From the NCBI GenBank assembly GCA_964016885.1, contig OZ024743.1, positions 9,610,001 to 9,674,000 on the forward strand: 64,000 nucleotides of DNA. The letters are read 5' to 3'. This document shows positions 38,944-52,701 of the stretch, piece by piece. This stretch comes from Eledone cirrhosa (lineage: Eukaryota). The notes under the pieces are model-generated. The model was given only the letters and a program-made list of their open reading frames with translations. It did not search any database and was not told where the DNA came from. The position numbers were made by a program, and so were the translations under genes. The number at the start of each line of letters is the position of its first letter. Position 1 is the first letter of the stretch.

Positions 38944-39493
38944 GGAGGTGAGTTTTATTGTAGTACAATAAAGCAATGCAGATATCGGATAAGAAGCACT
39001 CTACAGTTTGTAGGACTGGAGTATACATAATATATAAGATCAAAAGATGGTTAAATGAGTTCCATATATTTTATTATGCGCATTTCAAAAACAAATATCA
39101 TCATGCAATAACATTTGTGTTTTCATCAGATAAAATGGGAGGACATGATATGAAGGTTAAAAACACTTGTGGATAGTGCAGTTTTAAATCAACATATGAA
39201 AAGTAGTTTTGGATTGATGTGTGACATTGGGGAAAAAAAATTTTCTTAGGGGGGGGGGGGATGAAAAAGAGGATGAGATGAGAGTAAAAAGTGGAGGGGG
39301 AGGAGTATAATGAGGAAGCATGAGATAGGAGGAGAGATGGGTGATAGAGAGAGAGAGATAGCTTTTATAACTGACAAAAATATATTGTTTTACATAGAGA
39401 GGTTGAAAAAACCGTTGGAAGATAATGTATAAATTATAAGAATTTGAAAATTAACGAAGAGAAAAATAATGTAAAGTTAAGGTTTGTATATTG

Positions 39494-39662
39494 AAGGGTT
39501 TAATAATATGTGCGATGAAAAGAAATTGTTAATATGTATTAAGAATAATATTTAAGGGTTTAATAATATGTGCGATGGAAAGAAAATGTTAATATGTATT
39601 AAGAATAATATTTAAGGGTTTAATAATATGTGCGATGGAAAGAAAATGTTGATATGTATTAT
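39494..39662. repeat. ~59-bp tandem repeat, three copies
   Basis: aagggtttaataatatgtgcgatg(g/a)aaagaaa... repeated. Confidence 0.8.
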
Positions 39663-39714
39663 TAAAAAAAGCAAAAGTAATGTAAGGATATATTGTGAGA
39701 TGAGCATGAATAAG

Positions 39715-39799
<85 letters not shown>

Positions 39800-39814
39800 T
39801 ATATATATATATGT

Positions 39815-39864
<50 letters not shown>

Positions 39865-42555
39865 ATAATAATAATATATATATATATGTACACACACACA
39901 CACACATACACACATATATATATATATATATACATACACATATACATAAACACATATATATATCGTACATAAATCTTCTGAAGTGCATTTTCAAATTATT
40001 TTCTTTATACTTTCAACTATGTAATACGCATTTCCGACTTTTGCAACAATTCCACCAAATATAAACGATTATTCATTTGTATTTAATGAATGTAAGAAAC
40101 TATTCCAGCAAAAAGTGTGAATGTGTATATCTAAAGCATATTCTCTATAGCAATATAAATGTAGCGATAATAATTCATTCATATTCACGGCTTGAATAAT
40201 ATTAGCATTAGTTTATCTGTACTGGTAAATTCTATTGTCTTTAATTGATAGTTATGTTTTGTTTCAAGAATTCAAATTGGACTTGACATTCAGAAGAACG
40301 TGAGGTTTTATTAATTTGAAGTTAAATTGATTTAAAATGTATCGTGTATTACGCTAGACCTAAAAAAAAAAAACAATGATTTAAACAAAACAATTTAGCT
40401 AGAGTTTTGTTGGTATTTCGTATTTCTCCAATGTATTTCTGTAACTTTTTCTGTATCTTTTAAATTGCATTTATTGAATATTATTAGTATAATGTTTATT
40501 TTACAGCATTTTTAGTAGGAGCAAATGGTGATCTGAGCAATTTCCTGATTGTATTTTGAGTTTTGTCACTTTTGTTTTTAATTTGAATGTGTGAATACAC
40601 ACATTCAAATCGTCAAACTATTACAACTTCTCTTTTTATCGACTCCAGAAGAATGACAATAAAAATCAATTCTGGCAAAATTTGAATATAATACTGTGGT
40701 ATACGGATTATTTTAGGTAATCTATCAAGTGAGCTTCCGTACCATTTAAGATATATCCTTACTTAATCATATTAGAAAAGAGAAGATCTGGACAGAAAAT
40801 TTAAATGTGCGAAAAGAAATATTGTAACGGATTCAGATTGGTGCCAATTTCTCGACATTGTTTGTTTAATGTTAAATGTTTTAAGTGCATTTTAAGGACG
40901 TACTTTGTCGTGATTAAAAACATCCATTTTCATACAAATGGAAATAAACAACAAAAGGTCATTCGCTTCGAAATCCAGAAATAAATGACACGTGTGTTAA
41001 AATATTAAAACATATTTACAAATGTTATACAAAATATTCAAGAGAGCCGCAGATAGATTTAACCACTGCCTTTTCTCACTGGCAAAAAAAAAAAAAAAAA
41101 AAAAAATTACCTTAACTGTAAGGAAATGCCATAATGACGTATGTTTGTTAGTTCATAGCTTCACAGTATCATCGGATTGATTACTACATATTACTAATTG
41201 TGGGATAAGCGAGCCTCAAGAAGCAAAAGTAGAATTCTTGCAGTTTGATTCAATTCCTATTTAAAGTCACTAATATAAATAGAAAAGATGCGTAGATTAA
41301 TGTTTAGATTGTTGGACTCAGCAATGTCATTGCTTCAATTATTAGATCATGTGGCGCCGCTTTGTAATCTTGAGCAAAACACTCGATTTCACGCTGCTTC
41401 AGACTATGCAGCTGACGATTAGTACCAGCAGTTGTTGGCAGATTGAACCTGTGATAGACTGCCTTTGCCAAGGAAGAGCCTTGTACAATCAGTCGCTAAG
41501 GCTAAGGAAACTGGGATAAGCTCTGACCTGATGAGTCTCTGCGCTTGGAACATACTTTAATTTAATGTGTTTATGAAGAGTGTAAGTAGCATCGATCATT
41601 ATTTCTCGTGTACAATATGGGATACATACACATATATTTAGCCTTCTTAGGAATAACATAATCTTATCACTCTTTTTATGTCATGTATAAGGAGTAGATA
41701 CGTTAAAATTTTACCTGTTAATGACGATTGCTAGAAACATTAGAACACACAAATCGGTATGAATAAAATTAATGATGAGTAAGCCTCGGTAAATCACGCG
41801 CTCTGCATGATGCAATTTATCATCTGCACCAATTAGGACCTTGCCAAAGTATTTCAGGCAGATTTAATTACTCTTATTTACCTGATAACACATCATCGTT
41901 TTCTCAGAAGTACCGATGCTATATACGTCAGTCTATTTACCCGAAATTTACATTACCGATACACTCCAATATTATTCATCAGCTTCTATAAACAGGTTAA
42001 ATGAATATCGTATTTTAAATACCAACAAACGTATACGATATGGTAATATGCTATCTTTGCGCATTAATTAACATTAATTTTAATAATAATTTTCAATTAT
42101 CTTAGTCATATTTATATATTCATTGACTGGATAATTTCAATTGTTTGATCTCGAGAGAAAAATATTACTTCATAAAATACATGTTGTAGTAATATCGAGG
42201 TTTTTCAGTATTCACGAAAGCAATTTTCACAGACAAAGTTTAGAAAATATTGTCTAACGTTGGCCAAAACAGAGAGAAAAAATAATATTTAATTCCTTAT
42301 AGTCATGAGGATTAATATATTTTATGGTGAGCAAGAAGAACAAAGATTATGGTTGAAAGACGAAGAATAAAAGAAGCCCAGTTCTTATTCCATATCCGAT
42401 AAACCACAAAAAGAATAAGGAAAATATCAAATTTATTAAGAAATAAGTGACATGAGCGAAATGAATCCACGATGAAAATTATTTATATATGTAAAATATA
42501 AATATAATATCAGAATATATTATAACTTAAAGGCGATGCAAGAGCTATAAATCCC

Positions 42556-42735
42556 AGGCAGTATCGGTAGAGGGTCGGACGCCATGCTTTGCAGAATAGT
42601 TACGGCCCTTTACGCTCTGAGTTCAAAACCTGCTGAAGTTAACTTTGCATTTCATCCTTACGAGGTCGAGAAAATAAAGTGCCAGTAATGACTAGGATAA
42701 TTCCTGGCCTTGTGCCAAAAGAAGAAACAGTTGCT
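42556..42735 (+). mobile_element. tRNA-derived SINE (short variant), diverged
   Basis: ggcagtatcggtagagggtcggacgccatgctttgc...gagttcaaa...ggccttgtgccaaaa. Confidence 0.85.
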
Positions 42736-43084
42736 AATATAAAATAAACATTCGAATGTAAACCACAATTAAGATTTAATTAAATATACAAACATACAAT
42801 AAACGAGTATAAAATGTTCAAACTAGATCTGAGAACATCAAAAGCTTTTAAGGAAACAAGACTTACCCGTCCATTTTGTTTCGTGGTTGCTGACAAAGTA
42901 AGAGAAACAGTACTTTGGCATTAATTTTCCGATGCCTTCGGTCAAGTAGCCGTCAATCAAATACCAATAAAGGTTTACAGAATGTTATTACACCTATACA
43001 AAGCTAAATTCTAAGTAGGTCAAATATACTAAATTTTACTGAGATCACTCATCCACGCATCTCTCATCACTGACCTCGATACTT

Positions 43085-44645
43085 GTATCCTCGATACTTG
43101 TATGAGGAGATATGCAACGTAAGATTTGACGACTTTGGATGGCAACATGCCAACTTACCTGTTAGAAACGGTGGCCATGGTCTCTGGTTTCTGGTTTCGT
43201 TGACTTTGTCGGCGTTTCTTTCATCTGTAACCTCATGCCGTATCCTCATCAACAGGGTTTTCCACAACACAACAGAACCCATTGTGATTAAGGAACGCGA
43301 AGCCACCTGCGAGACTTTGAAGCGGCTCAGACTCCACCCAGTAGAAGTCCCTCTTCTTGTTCCCCATTTAGTTGCCATCCAGTGTGTGCGTGTGTGTGTG
43401 TGTGTGTCCGTCTGTATGTTTGTGTATGTGTGTGTTTGTGTGTGTGTGTGTATGTGTGTATCTGTGTGTGTATGTGTGTGTGTATGTGCGTGCGCGCGCG
43501 CGTGTGTGTATATATGTATGCATGTCATAGGAATGAGTAAATACAGATTATGATAGTTATGTATATACTATAATGCAATTAAGAATTCAAAATTGTACAG
43601 AATATATTAACATTTATTTCTTGAACTTTTCATAATATATTGACTATAATTGTTATTCTGGCGTAAAATACGTTATTTGTAACTTTAAAGATTCTTTTCA
43701 GGACTTGCTCTATCATTAAGCGTCATCGTAGCTTTTGTGTGGAACATCTAAAGTTCTGCAATAATTCTTTAAGATAGAAACATGTCATGCCAAAACATCA
43801 TTATTATGGAATTTGGGTGAAATAAATTGCAATACAAAACGTTCTGTTTGGCGCACTCAATTTGTTTGACGTTTATAAACAGTATTCCGAATTATGCTCC
43901 ATATATTTTATTCAAACTATATAAATTCGGTCACCAAGACGAAAGGCCATAAGAGGAGTAGCAGTATGAAAGTAAAACAAAATTACGACCATGCAACAAC
44001 CATAACATCACAGTTACACAAGGCTCAGACGGGATACTTGCTCACAACTAGAAGAGAAAACCATACGCTGCCGGTGCTCTATTTGTAAGTAAACCTGTCA
44101 TAATTTGCAATTTTGGTGCTTACGAAATTTCGGCACATAAAGAAGATATGGTCACACTATTGCTTGAAGGAGAGCGTATATCTCTAGAGAATTTGAGGTT
44201 CTGTAAAAATGTTTTTCAAGATAAGATATTATGAAATATTAGCTATAAATCATTTATGACGGAAAATGAAGGACACCAATTCAATTTGAAGGAGGTAGAT
44301 CCGTCATCTGGGACACCACCTGCCGCGACATGTTATCCGCCTCTAACTTAGTCGCTTCGGCCACAAACTCCGGCATCGTGGCCCGCCTTGCAGAAGAACG
44401 TAAAATAAACAAATGCTGGGGTTTGTCCGGCCACTTCCTCGTCGCCGAGACTTCAGGCGTACTTGGACCTCTTACTGCCGAGCTCCTCCACAAGATCGGA
44501 GCGTCGGCGGTTCGTCTGAGGGGGGATTCTCGCACGGTTGGGTGGCTGTTGCAGCGGGTGTCACTGGCCATCGTTCGCGGGACTGCTTTTGCCGTCTTGC
44601 CCGCGGGGTGCAAATCTTCTGCACTCTTGCCCTACGCCTAAAGCC
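43085..44645 (+). mobile_element. CRE-like (restriction-like endonuclease) non-LTR relics in two pieces (~43085-43330 and ~44290-44645)
   Basis: WQHANLPVRNGGHGL...SAFLSS, and WDTTCRD...AEERKINK...ETSGVLG...LQRVSLAIVRG. Confidence 0.7.
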
Positions 44646-45035
44646 AAATCCCCCTTCACCTCTCCTCTCTCTTCTGCGACACCAGAGCGCATGCCATCCC
44701 CTCCCCTTACCATTCTTTCCTTCTTTCTTTCTCTCTTTTTCTCTTATTATTGTTACTGTAAATAATATCATGTTTATACAGTTTTTATCATAAATATATT
44801 TTATTTCGTTTGTATTTATGATAATAATTTATTAGTAAGATGTTTACTGAAAGCATTAACACAGAATTATATTCAATAAAATTCCCATTCTATATATGGC
44901 TTTCTGATCCATTTCGCTTGTATAAGGGAATTATTTAGTGAATAAGTGTCATATATATGTATTTTAATATGTAAGCACATACAAACACATACACACACAT
45001 TCACACATATCTATCTATCTATCTATCTATCTATA

Positions 45036-45422
45036 ATTTCGGAAGAAGGATCAGGATGGAGAGAGAGGTGCTCCACCCCAGTCCTTTTTATGAAAGGTGG
45101 GTGAACGTGGCTAGAATGGCCCGTGTGAATGGGCCTTCTCTTTACATAAGCCTGTAGGTGGAAAAGAGGAAGGAACGAGGGAGTACCCCCTCTCTGTGCT
45201 CCTGAGGAGAAGGGTTGCACACTTATTTCGGGGGTGTGTGCGACCCCCCAAGGCGCTCCTCTCTATTGAGGATTTTGTTATAATTTTATTTTTTGTTATA
45301 TTTTATTTTATTTTTATATATTGTTATTGCCTCCTCCCTATTGAGGACGCCTTGTTTTGTATACTCCTCCCATTGTACTTGTCCCACTTTTGATGCCCTG
45401 GTGGCAAATAAAAGAAACATAT
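45036..45422 (+). mobile_element. Tx1 LINE 3' end only, between (CTAT)n tracts
   Basis: RIRMEREVL...VARMARVNG matches the ORF2 C-termini; aataaa, then (tatc)n. Confidence 0.85.
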
Positions 45423-45443
45423 TTATCTATCTATCTATCTATC

Positions 45444-48400
45444 CGGAACATCTAGATCGTACCTAGATAGGGTTCTAGTTAGAAAGAAGGATAGGGACAT
45501 GTTAAGCTGTCCATAAATGTTCATGGTTGCCTATTCAGATCACAAATTAGTGACCTGTTTAGTCAACCTTGACAAAACCCATAGACAGGGACCCGGCTAC
45601 TGGAAGCTGAACTTGTCGTTACCGACATGCAAAGCCTACAGTAGAGGGATTAGCACTTTAGTTAAGCAGCACTTGACGGGGGCCATTGTCAACAACAGAT
45701 GGTGGTACTCTGTCAAGAGGGCAAATAGATTAGACTCGATAGGTTTTAGTAAAGAATTAGCGTTAGATAGAAATAAGACCGAAAAGGAACTGGTAGATAA
45801 AGTAGAAGAGGCACCTAGGAGTGGCAACGTAGCCAAGGTGCTAGCGACGAGAACGTTCTTCGGCGCAAAGCACGAAGGCTGCGTTGTCAGAAGCAAAATA
45901 CGTGCTCTGGGAAACGAGGGAGCCAAAGCTATTAGCTGGGCCCGAGTGACGGAGGCGAAAAGTGGCAACAAGTCCACGATTCGGTCTTCGAAGAACCAAG
46001 ACGGACGCGTGATACGTAAGCCGAAGCAGATGTGCACGGCCTTTCAGCGGCACTTTGCTCAACCGTTCGGGCAGGGCGGCGCGCCGGGAGGGGCTATGGA
46101 TTTCGGTTCATACCTCGACGGCCTGCCGCGGCTCTCGGACAACGAGGCGAAGTTCTGCGAAAGGCCGATTTCACCCGCTGAGATAGGGGATGCGCTGAGC
46201 CAATGCGGCAAACGCAAATCTCCAGGTCTCGACGGTCTACCCTACGAATATTACGTAACAATGCCGAACTTGTTCTCTGCTCTCCTGGAAGCGGTCTACT
46301 GCAACTGGCAGCAGAACGGGAGAATTCCCAGTTCTGTGACCAAGGGCATGGTCACGCTAGTCAGGAACGACTAGAATAAGGGGGATGATATAGGCAACCT
46401 CCGGCCCATAACTCTGCTAAACAGAGTTACAGATTTTGGCCAAGGCGTTAGCAAAGAGGCTGGCGCTTGTCGTCGAAAACCTGCTGGGAGAAGCGCAGAC
46501 ATGCGCAATCCCGACCAGGTCCATACACGATAACCTCCACCTCATGCGATACATCGTAGAGAGGGTAGGGTATAAACCTGGCTTCGGTGGGGCCCTGATC
46601 AACTTGGATCAGTCTAAGGCTTTCGATAGGGTTGACCATCGTTACCTGGATGCGGTGCTCGAGGCGGCAGGCTTCGGACCCGTGTTCAGGGGCTGGAATG
46701 CCGCAATGCACAACAGCAACATATGCTCAAGGGTCAAAGTGAACGGCTACCCCTCAGAGCCGTTCCATATTACGCGATCCATCCGACAGGGATTCCCTCT
46801 CTCCTCCCTTCTGTACGTACTGTACGTACTGACTCTCGAGCCACTACTGCGGAAGTTGGAGCTATTGCAGGGCATCCTTCTGGAACTGGGACTGCGACGT
46901 GTCAGTAATGCTGTCAGTAATGCTGTCGTGGACCTCGCAAATCGAGGAAGTCGGCACCCTACTGAAGTAATACGAAAGGTTCACAGGAGCGAAGCTGAAC
47001 CGGGACAAGTCCATCGGTTTGTAACTCGGATCGTGGAGAGGCAGACCGATGCCTTCCGATAGCGTCGTCGGACGCTGGACGGAAGGACCGGTGACTGCTC
47101 GGGGTCTGGTTTGGTCCGGACCTCCAGGTGGAGAACTGGAACGAGGTGACGGCCAAGGTGTTTGCACTCACCCAGAAGTGGGCCGAGTGCAAACTATCCT
47201 TGAACGGTCGAGCGGAGGTGGCGAACACTTTTATCGTCTTTTTAGGTCCATCGTCTACTACCGCTTGACCGTCGTGCCATGTCCAGCAAAAACGCTCACC
47301 AAAACGGAGGGCGTGCTCTTCCAATTCCTTTGGAAGAAGCGGGCTTCTTTGGTGAGAAGATCCATCTGCTGCCAACACCCTTCGAACGGAGGGCTGGGGA
47401 TGCCGTGGCTGATGATGCGCAAACCCGCGCTTAGGCTGCGGTACCTCCACGTATTCCTTACTGGACAACCGGTGTGGGCCCCGTTCGTGAGGCGAGCCTT
47501 GCCACGACTCGTCTCGCTGACCGAGCTGCAGTCCTGGGTCAAGCAAAGACCGAGGAAAATGGGCGACTGGCACATCGAATGTGCTCAGGCGCTCACAGTC
47601 CTCTGGCAGGCGGACCCGGCGATCAGTGGAGACTCCACTCCCTCATTCTATAGAGGGTTGGTCCGCAGCAAGTGCGACGACGCGTCAGAGAAACTCTAGG
47701 CGTAGAGGAAGACGAACTGACCAGTCTGTTCGGTAGGACCTTCCTCCCAGGACCAATGGACAACTTCCAAAAGTCCCTGGCCTGGAAGTGCTACCGAGGA
47801 GCTCTACCAGTTCGAGACAAGCTCTACAGACACGGGCGCCCGAGCAGGGACCCCTCAAAAAAGATCTGTCCGAGATGCGTGCGAGACGAAGAAACCGTCG
47901 CGCACGCATTCGTACACTGCCCGGGTGTTACCGACCTGTGGGGCTATGTAAAACGACTATTGTCACGGGTGGGACCAATCCGGTAGACCACCGAGTCCAT
48001 CGTCATGATCAAACCGCCACCCTCCTTCAAAAACGAAGGAGAGGCGGTTTTCCTTTGTGTGATAGCTATGGTGAAAGAGGTTGTATGGTGGACGAGGTTG
48101 AAATGGCTGAGGTCAGACACCTTTCTCTCCGGCCAACAACTGATTCTTCATTTCAAATACCACTTTAGAAGAAGAGTGAGGATGGAGAGAGAGGTGCTCT
48201 ACCCCAGCAAGTTTTGTGAAAGGTGGGTGAAGGTGGCGAGAATGGCCCGAGTGAATGGGTCTTCTCTTTATATCAGCCTGTAGGTTGAGCAAAAAGAGGG
48301 GAAAGGGGTACTCACTCTTCGTACTCCTGGAGATTAGGGTTGCACATTTTTTCGGGGGTATGTGTTACCCATATGTAATGTCTCCCCCTTTTGGGGAAAA

Positions 48401-48516
48401 TCGTTTAATTTTTAAATTGCATTTGTGATAGTATTTTACACGTTTTTATTGTATGTAAACTTCCCCCTTTGTATTGTCCTCTTCTTTTGTGCCCCTGTGG
48501 CTAATAAAGAAACATA
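45444..48516 (+). mobile_element. Tx1 LINE, 5'-truncated ORF2 pseudogene, flanked by (CTAT)n
   Basis: SYLDRV, SDHK, YWKLN, SPGLDGLP, LDQSKAFDRVDH, CPRC..EETVAHAFVHC; stops and frameshifts; aataaagaaacata(tcta)n. Confidence 0.92.
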
Positions 48517-48879
48517 TCTATCTATCTATCTATCTCTCTATCTCTCTATCTATCTATCTATCTATCTATTTATCTACCAAATCTATTTATTTATCTATCT
48601 AGCTCTCTATTTAAACAACGGTGAAATTTCGTTTCCATATATTTATATTTTTATTATATATCGACATGACATGTGCGTTTTATAGATCCTTGGCTCAAGA
48701 TGACTCATGGAAGTTATCCACACGACTCCAGTACCGACGTGCTCGTCATAATGGTGATTCAACAAAAAAATAAAATGTTTGTGACGATCAGTGAAATGTT
48801 GGGTATATATAAATATCGGTCCTATTTTTGTCCGTGGGTGCGTGTATATGTAGGTGTTTGAGCTCATAGGCATGCCTAT

Positions 48880-49700
48880 AGTCACTAATATCCCTAAACG
48901 CTTCTTCTCTATCCTATCTAATCATTACCCCCACCCCCACCCCACCCCACCCCCACCCAACCATAGATATTACAAACTCTTTAAGAAAAATAACATTAAA
49001 ATTTCATTCTCCACAACACCTAAGCTAGCTAGCCACATCGCATTCAGTAACCATCATAAAGTAAGATAGTATAACTCCCACACCGCGGTACCACCACCAC
49101 CCTCAAATACACCACGCCACCACACCAATACTTACTCTAGTAGCATACCTCCACCATCTAATCCTTCTAGTACGCACCAAACGCATAGTTTAAACAACCC
49201 TACTCTCACTAACCGCAGCAGTAACTTCAACTGCCGTTACCCTGATGCATGCCCACTAAACGGACAATGCCTTACACCCAATATAGTTTATAGGTGCACA
49301 GTTAAAACAGCATCGCATACCAACTCCTATATTGGCTCTACCTCTAAGCCCTTTAAGGTACGCTATAACGCGCACTCTTTTTCCTTCCGAGACCCTAGCA
49401 ATAGATGTTCGACATCTCTACCTAGGCTCATTAAAAACCTAAATTAACCAACATTGAACACTCACTAACATATCTTGGCTAGGGCCCAACCGTTCAATGG
49501 ACGAAGAAACTCTTGTGATCTCTGTCTTACCGAAGCCTATTACATAACTCTATCACGACCTCTACCGATTAATGATAGAACGGAGGTAACTATTAGCTGT
49601 CAACATCGAAGGCCTAATTCCTTCGTCAACAGAATATTACCACTTTTGCTTAGAGCTAATAAGTTAAATAGTTATAGCTAACTTAGATAATTATAAGTTA
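48880..49700 (+). mobile_element. Decayed Naiad-like PLE 3' part (linker and GIY-YIG)
   Basis: HRYYKLF...IKISFSTTP; NCRYPDACPLNGQC...IVYRC...SYIGSTSKPFKVRY; CDLCLTE. Confidence 0.8.
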
Positions 49701-50065
49701 CTTCCCTTACATTGTCTCTCACTTAAACTCATTAGCACTTCTTAACTATAAACCACCTACAATTTCTAATTTCTCGAGGAGTTACTTCCCCTGAAAGCAC
49801 CCTCTAATTAGTAAGATAAATATGTCCTTTGGCGGCCATCTTGTTACCCATAGGAAGATCTCACATAATGCAGCCTCGACAGAAGAATATTGCTCGCCTA
49901 TGGCAGAAAATAGATATACCCAGGACACCATAGTGAAATACCAATATATGGAACATTACATTCATGTAACCATCTTTTTTTACCTTAATTCATATTCCCT
50001 TTCAAGTTTCGATGAACTGCTCCAATTTTACCTGAGTTAATTATCTTCAACTGAAACAGATCAAT

Positions 50066-50252
50066 AATTGTTTCTACTTTAGGCACAAGGCCAGCAATTA
50101 CCCAGTGCATTACTGGTACTTTATTTTATCGACCCCGTAAGGATGAAAGGCAAAGTCAACCTCGGCGGGATTTGAACTCAGATCGTAAAGGGACGTAACT
50201 ATGCTGGAAAGCATGGCGTCCGACCCTCTACCGATACTGCTAATCCACCGCC
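50066..50252 (-). mobile_element. tRNA-derived SINE (short variant), 18-bp TSD
   Basis: TSD ctgaaacagatcaataat at 50051-50068 / 50252-50269. Confidence 0.9.
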
Positions 50253-50682
50253 TGAAACAGATCAATAATGATCTATAATCATTTGATCCAGAAACATTAT
50301 ATGGAGTAGCGAAACAATTGTAAACGGACATTATTAGTATTATTATTATTGTTCTTTACATTCCTTACATTAAACTAAAACTATGTTGACAATCTTTTAA
50401 TAATGTCTTCCTTGTGAAATGTGTGGTCTTGTTTTGCTTAACTAATGAATATATATACATTATATATATATATAACAAGAAAAGTGTGGTAAGGAACCAG
50501 GTGGACCATAACCCACCAGAGTACTCGATACTTAGGATAGTAGAGGGGGTAATAGGAAAAGAGTCAGGGCCCGACGCCTGAGCTCCGGCCGTTTAGTTCG
50601 GTTTAGTACAGATCTAGCTGTCGAAACGGCCGGAGCTCAGCCGTTAGGGTGCTGACTCTTTTTCTATATTATATTATATATA

Positions 50683-52306
50683 TAAAAACAAATAACGAAA
50701 CGAAATTAAATTTCGTTTCGTTTGTAACTCACTTTTGTATGACTGACGCTCAAACAATTAAGTCAAAGATGTACATCCATATATGTATACTGAAATACTA
50801 GTATGTATATGAATACACACACGTATACATATGTAGATGTACCAAGTTTTTTTCACTGATCACTTTACTGTGAGTGGCCAGCTATTCTGTATGTAAACAC
50901 ACAGACAAACCGGTTTTTAGAGTCATACTGGTTTTTGAGGAAACACCTTTCCTCTATTCTCCAGAAAGCCAGACAAGGAACATTGAACTAGTTTCGTTGT
51001 TGTTACAACTCATCAGCAATATTTACCTATCTTCCGGCCTCTCTAGAGAATCGTAAAAGCACATATCGCTATATGCTTTTTCTATGAAAATTAGTAGTGG
51101 GCAGACCAACTTGCATAGAGTGTGAGTAAGTACCGGTTCAACGGAGACGATAAAAACAAATAACGAAACGAAATTAAATTTCGTTTCGTTTGTAACTCAC
51201 TTTTGTATGACTGACGCTCAAACAATTAAGTCAAAGATGTACATCCATATATGTATACTGAAATACTAGTATGTATATGAATACACACACGTATACATAT
51301 GTAGATGTACCAAGTTTTTTTCACTGATCACTTTACTGTGAGTGGCCAGCTATTCTGTATGTAAACACACAGACAAACCGGTTTTTAGAGTCATACTGGT
51401 TTTTGAGGAAACACCTTTCCTCTATTCTCCAGAAAGCCAGACAAGGAACATTGAACTAGTTTCGTTGTTGTTACAACTCATCAGCAATATTTACCTATCT
51501 TCCGGCCTCTCTAGAGAATCGTAAAAGCACATATCGCTATATGCTTTTTCTATGAAAATTAGTAGTGGGCAGACCAACTTGCATAGAGTGTGAGTAAGTA
51601 CCGGTTCAACGGAGACGATAAAAACAAATAACGAAACGAAATTAAATTTCGTTTCCTCAAAAACCAGTATGACTCTAAAAACCGGTTTGTCTGTGTGTTT
51701 ACATACAGAATAGCTGGCCACTCACAGTAAAGTGATCAGTGAAAAAAACTTGGTACATCTACATATGTATACGTGTGTGTATTCATATACATACTAGTAT
51801 TTCAGTATACATATATGGATGTACATCTTTGACTTAATTGTTTGAGCGTCAGTCATACAAAAGTGAGTTACAAACGAAACGAAATTTAATTTCGTTTCGT
51901 TATTTGTTTTTATCGTCTCCGTTGAACCGGTACTTACTCACACTCTATGCAAGTTGGTCTGCCCACTACTAATTTTCATAGAAAAAGCATATAGCGATAT
52001 GTGCTTTTACGATTCTCTAGAGAGGCCGGAAGATAGGTAAATATTGCTGATGAGTTGTAACAACAACGAAACTAGTTCAATGTTCCTTGTCTGGCTTTCT
52101 GGAGAATAGAGGAAAGGTGTTTCCTCAAAAACCAGTATGACTCTAAAAACCGGTTTGTCTGTGTGTTTACATACAGAATAGCTGGCCACTCACAGTAAAG
52201 TGATCAGTGAAAAAAACTTGGTACATCTACATATGTATACGTGTGTGTATTCATATACATACTAGTATTTCAGTATACATATATGGATGTACATCTTTGA
52301 CTTAAT

Positions 52307-52307
<1 letters not shown>
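50683..52307. mobile_element. Retrozyme-like array: ~2.1 tandem 468-bp units, then ~1.4 inverted units, in (TA)n
   Basis: Units start at about 50683, 51151 and 51619; inversion at ~51655; copies look identical; one hammerhead per unit; no real ORF. Confidence 0.85.
50980..51022 (-). ncRNA. Minimal type I hammerhead; identical copies at 51448-51490 (-) and 52041-52083 (+)
   Basis: atattg-CTGATGA-gttg-taacaa-caac-GAAAC-ta-GTT-caatgt; stem II gttg/caac, palindromic stem III (aactagtt). Confidence 0.85.
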
Positions 52308-52379
<72 letters not shown>

Positions 52380-52524
52380 AAAAAGTATGACCCCATACGT
52401 TTACCTATTACCCACTCTACTATCCTAAGTATTGAGTACTCTGGTGCGTTATGACCCATCTACTTCCTTACCACAACTCCTTCGTTATATATATATAAAT
52501 ATATAAATATATAAATATATATAC

Positions 52525-52602
<78 letters not shown>

Positions 52603-52646
52603 AAGTTAAATAAAAGTCAAATGATTAAAATTTAGCTTCGTTTATT

Positions 52647-52701
52647 ACTGCTATATATATTTCAGTGACAGCCATCTTTGGCTGTGACCTCTTCAGGCAG
52701 T
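52647..52701 (-). ncRNA. Type I hammerhead in the pLTR; copies at 56772-56826 (-) and 57172-57226 (+)
   Basis: actgc-CTGAAGA-ggtc-acagcc-aaagat-ggctgt-cact-GAAA-tatat-ATA-gcagt. Confidence 0.82.

Noticed and set aside
50874-52189. Repeated 60-aa ORF MASYSVCKHTDK...
   Set aside because: GTG start, antisense to the ribozyme, no motif; it recurs only because the DNA unit repeats.
50683-52307. CRISPR array or prokaryotic system
   Set aside because: Eukaryotic repeat context, long identical units without spacers, no cas-like ORF.
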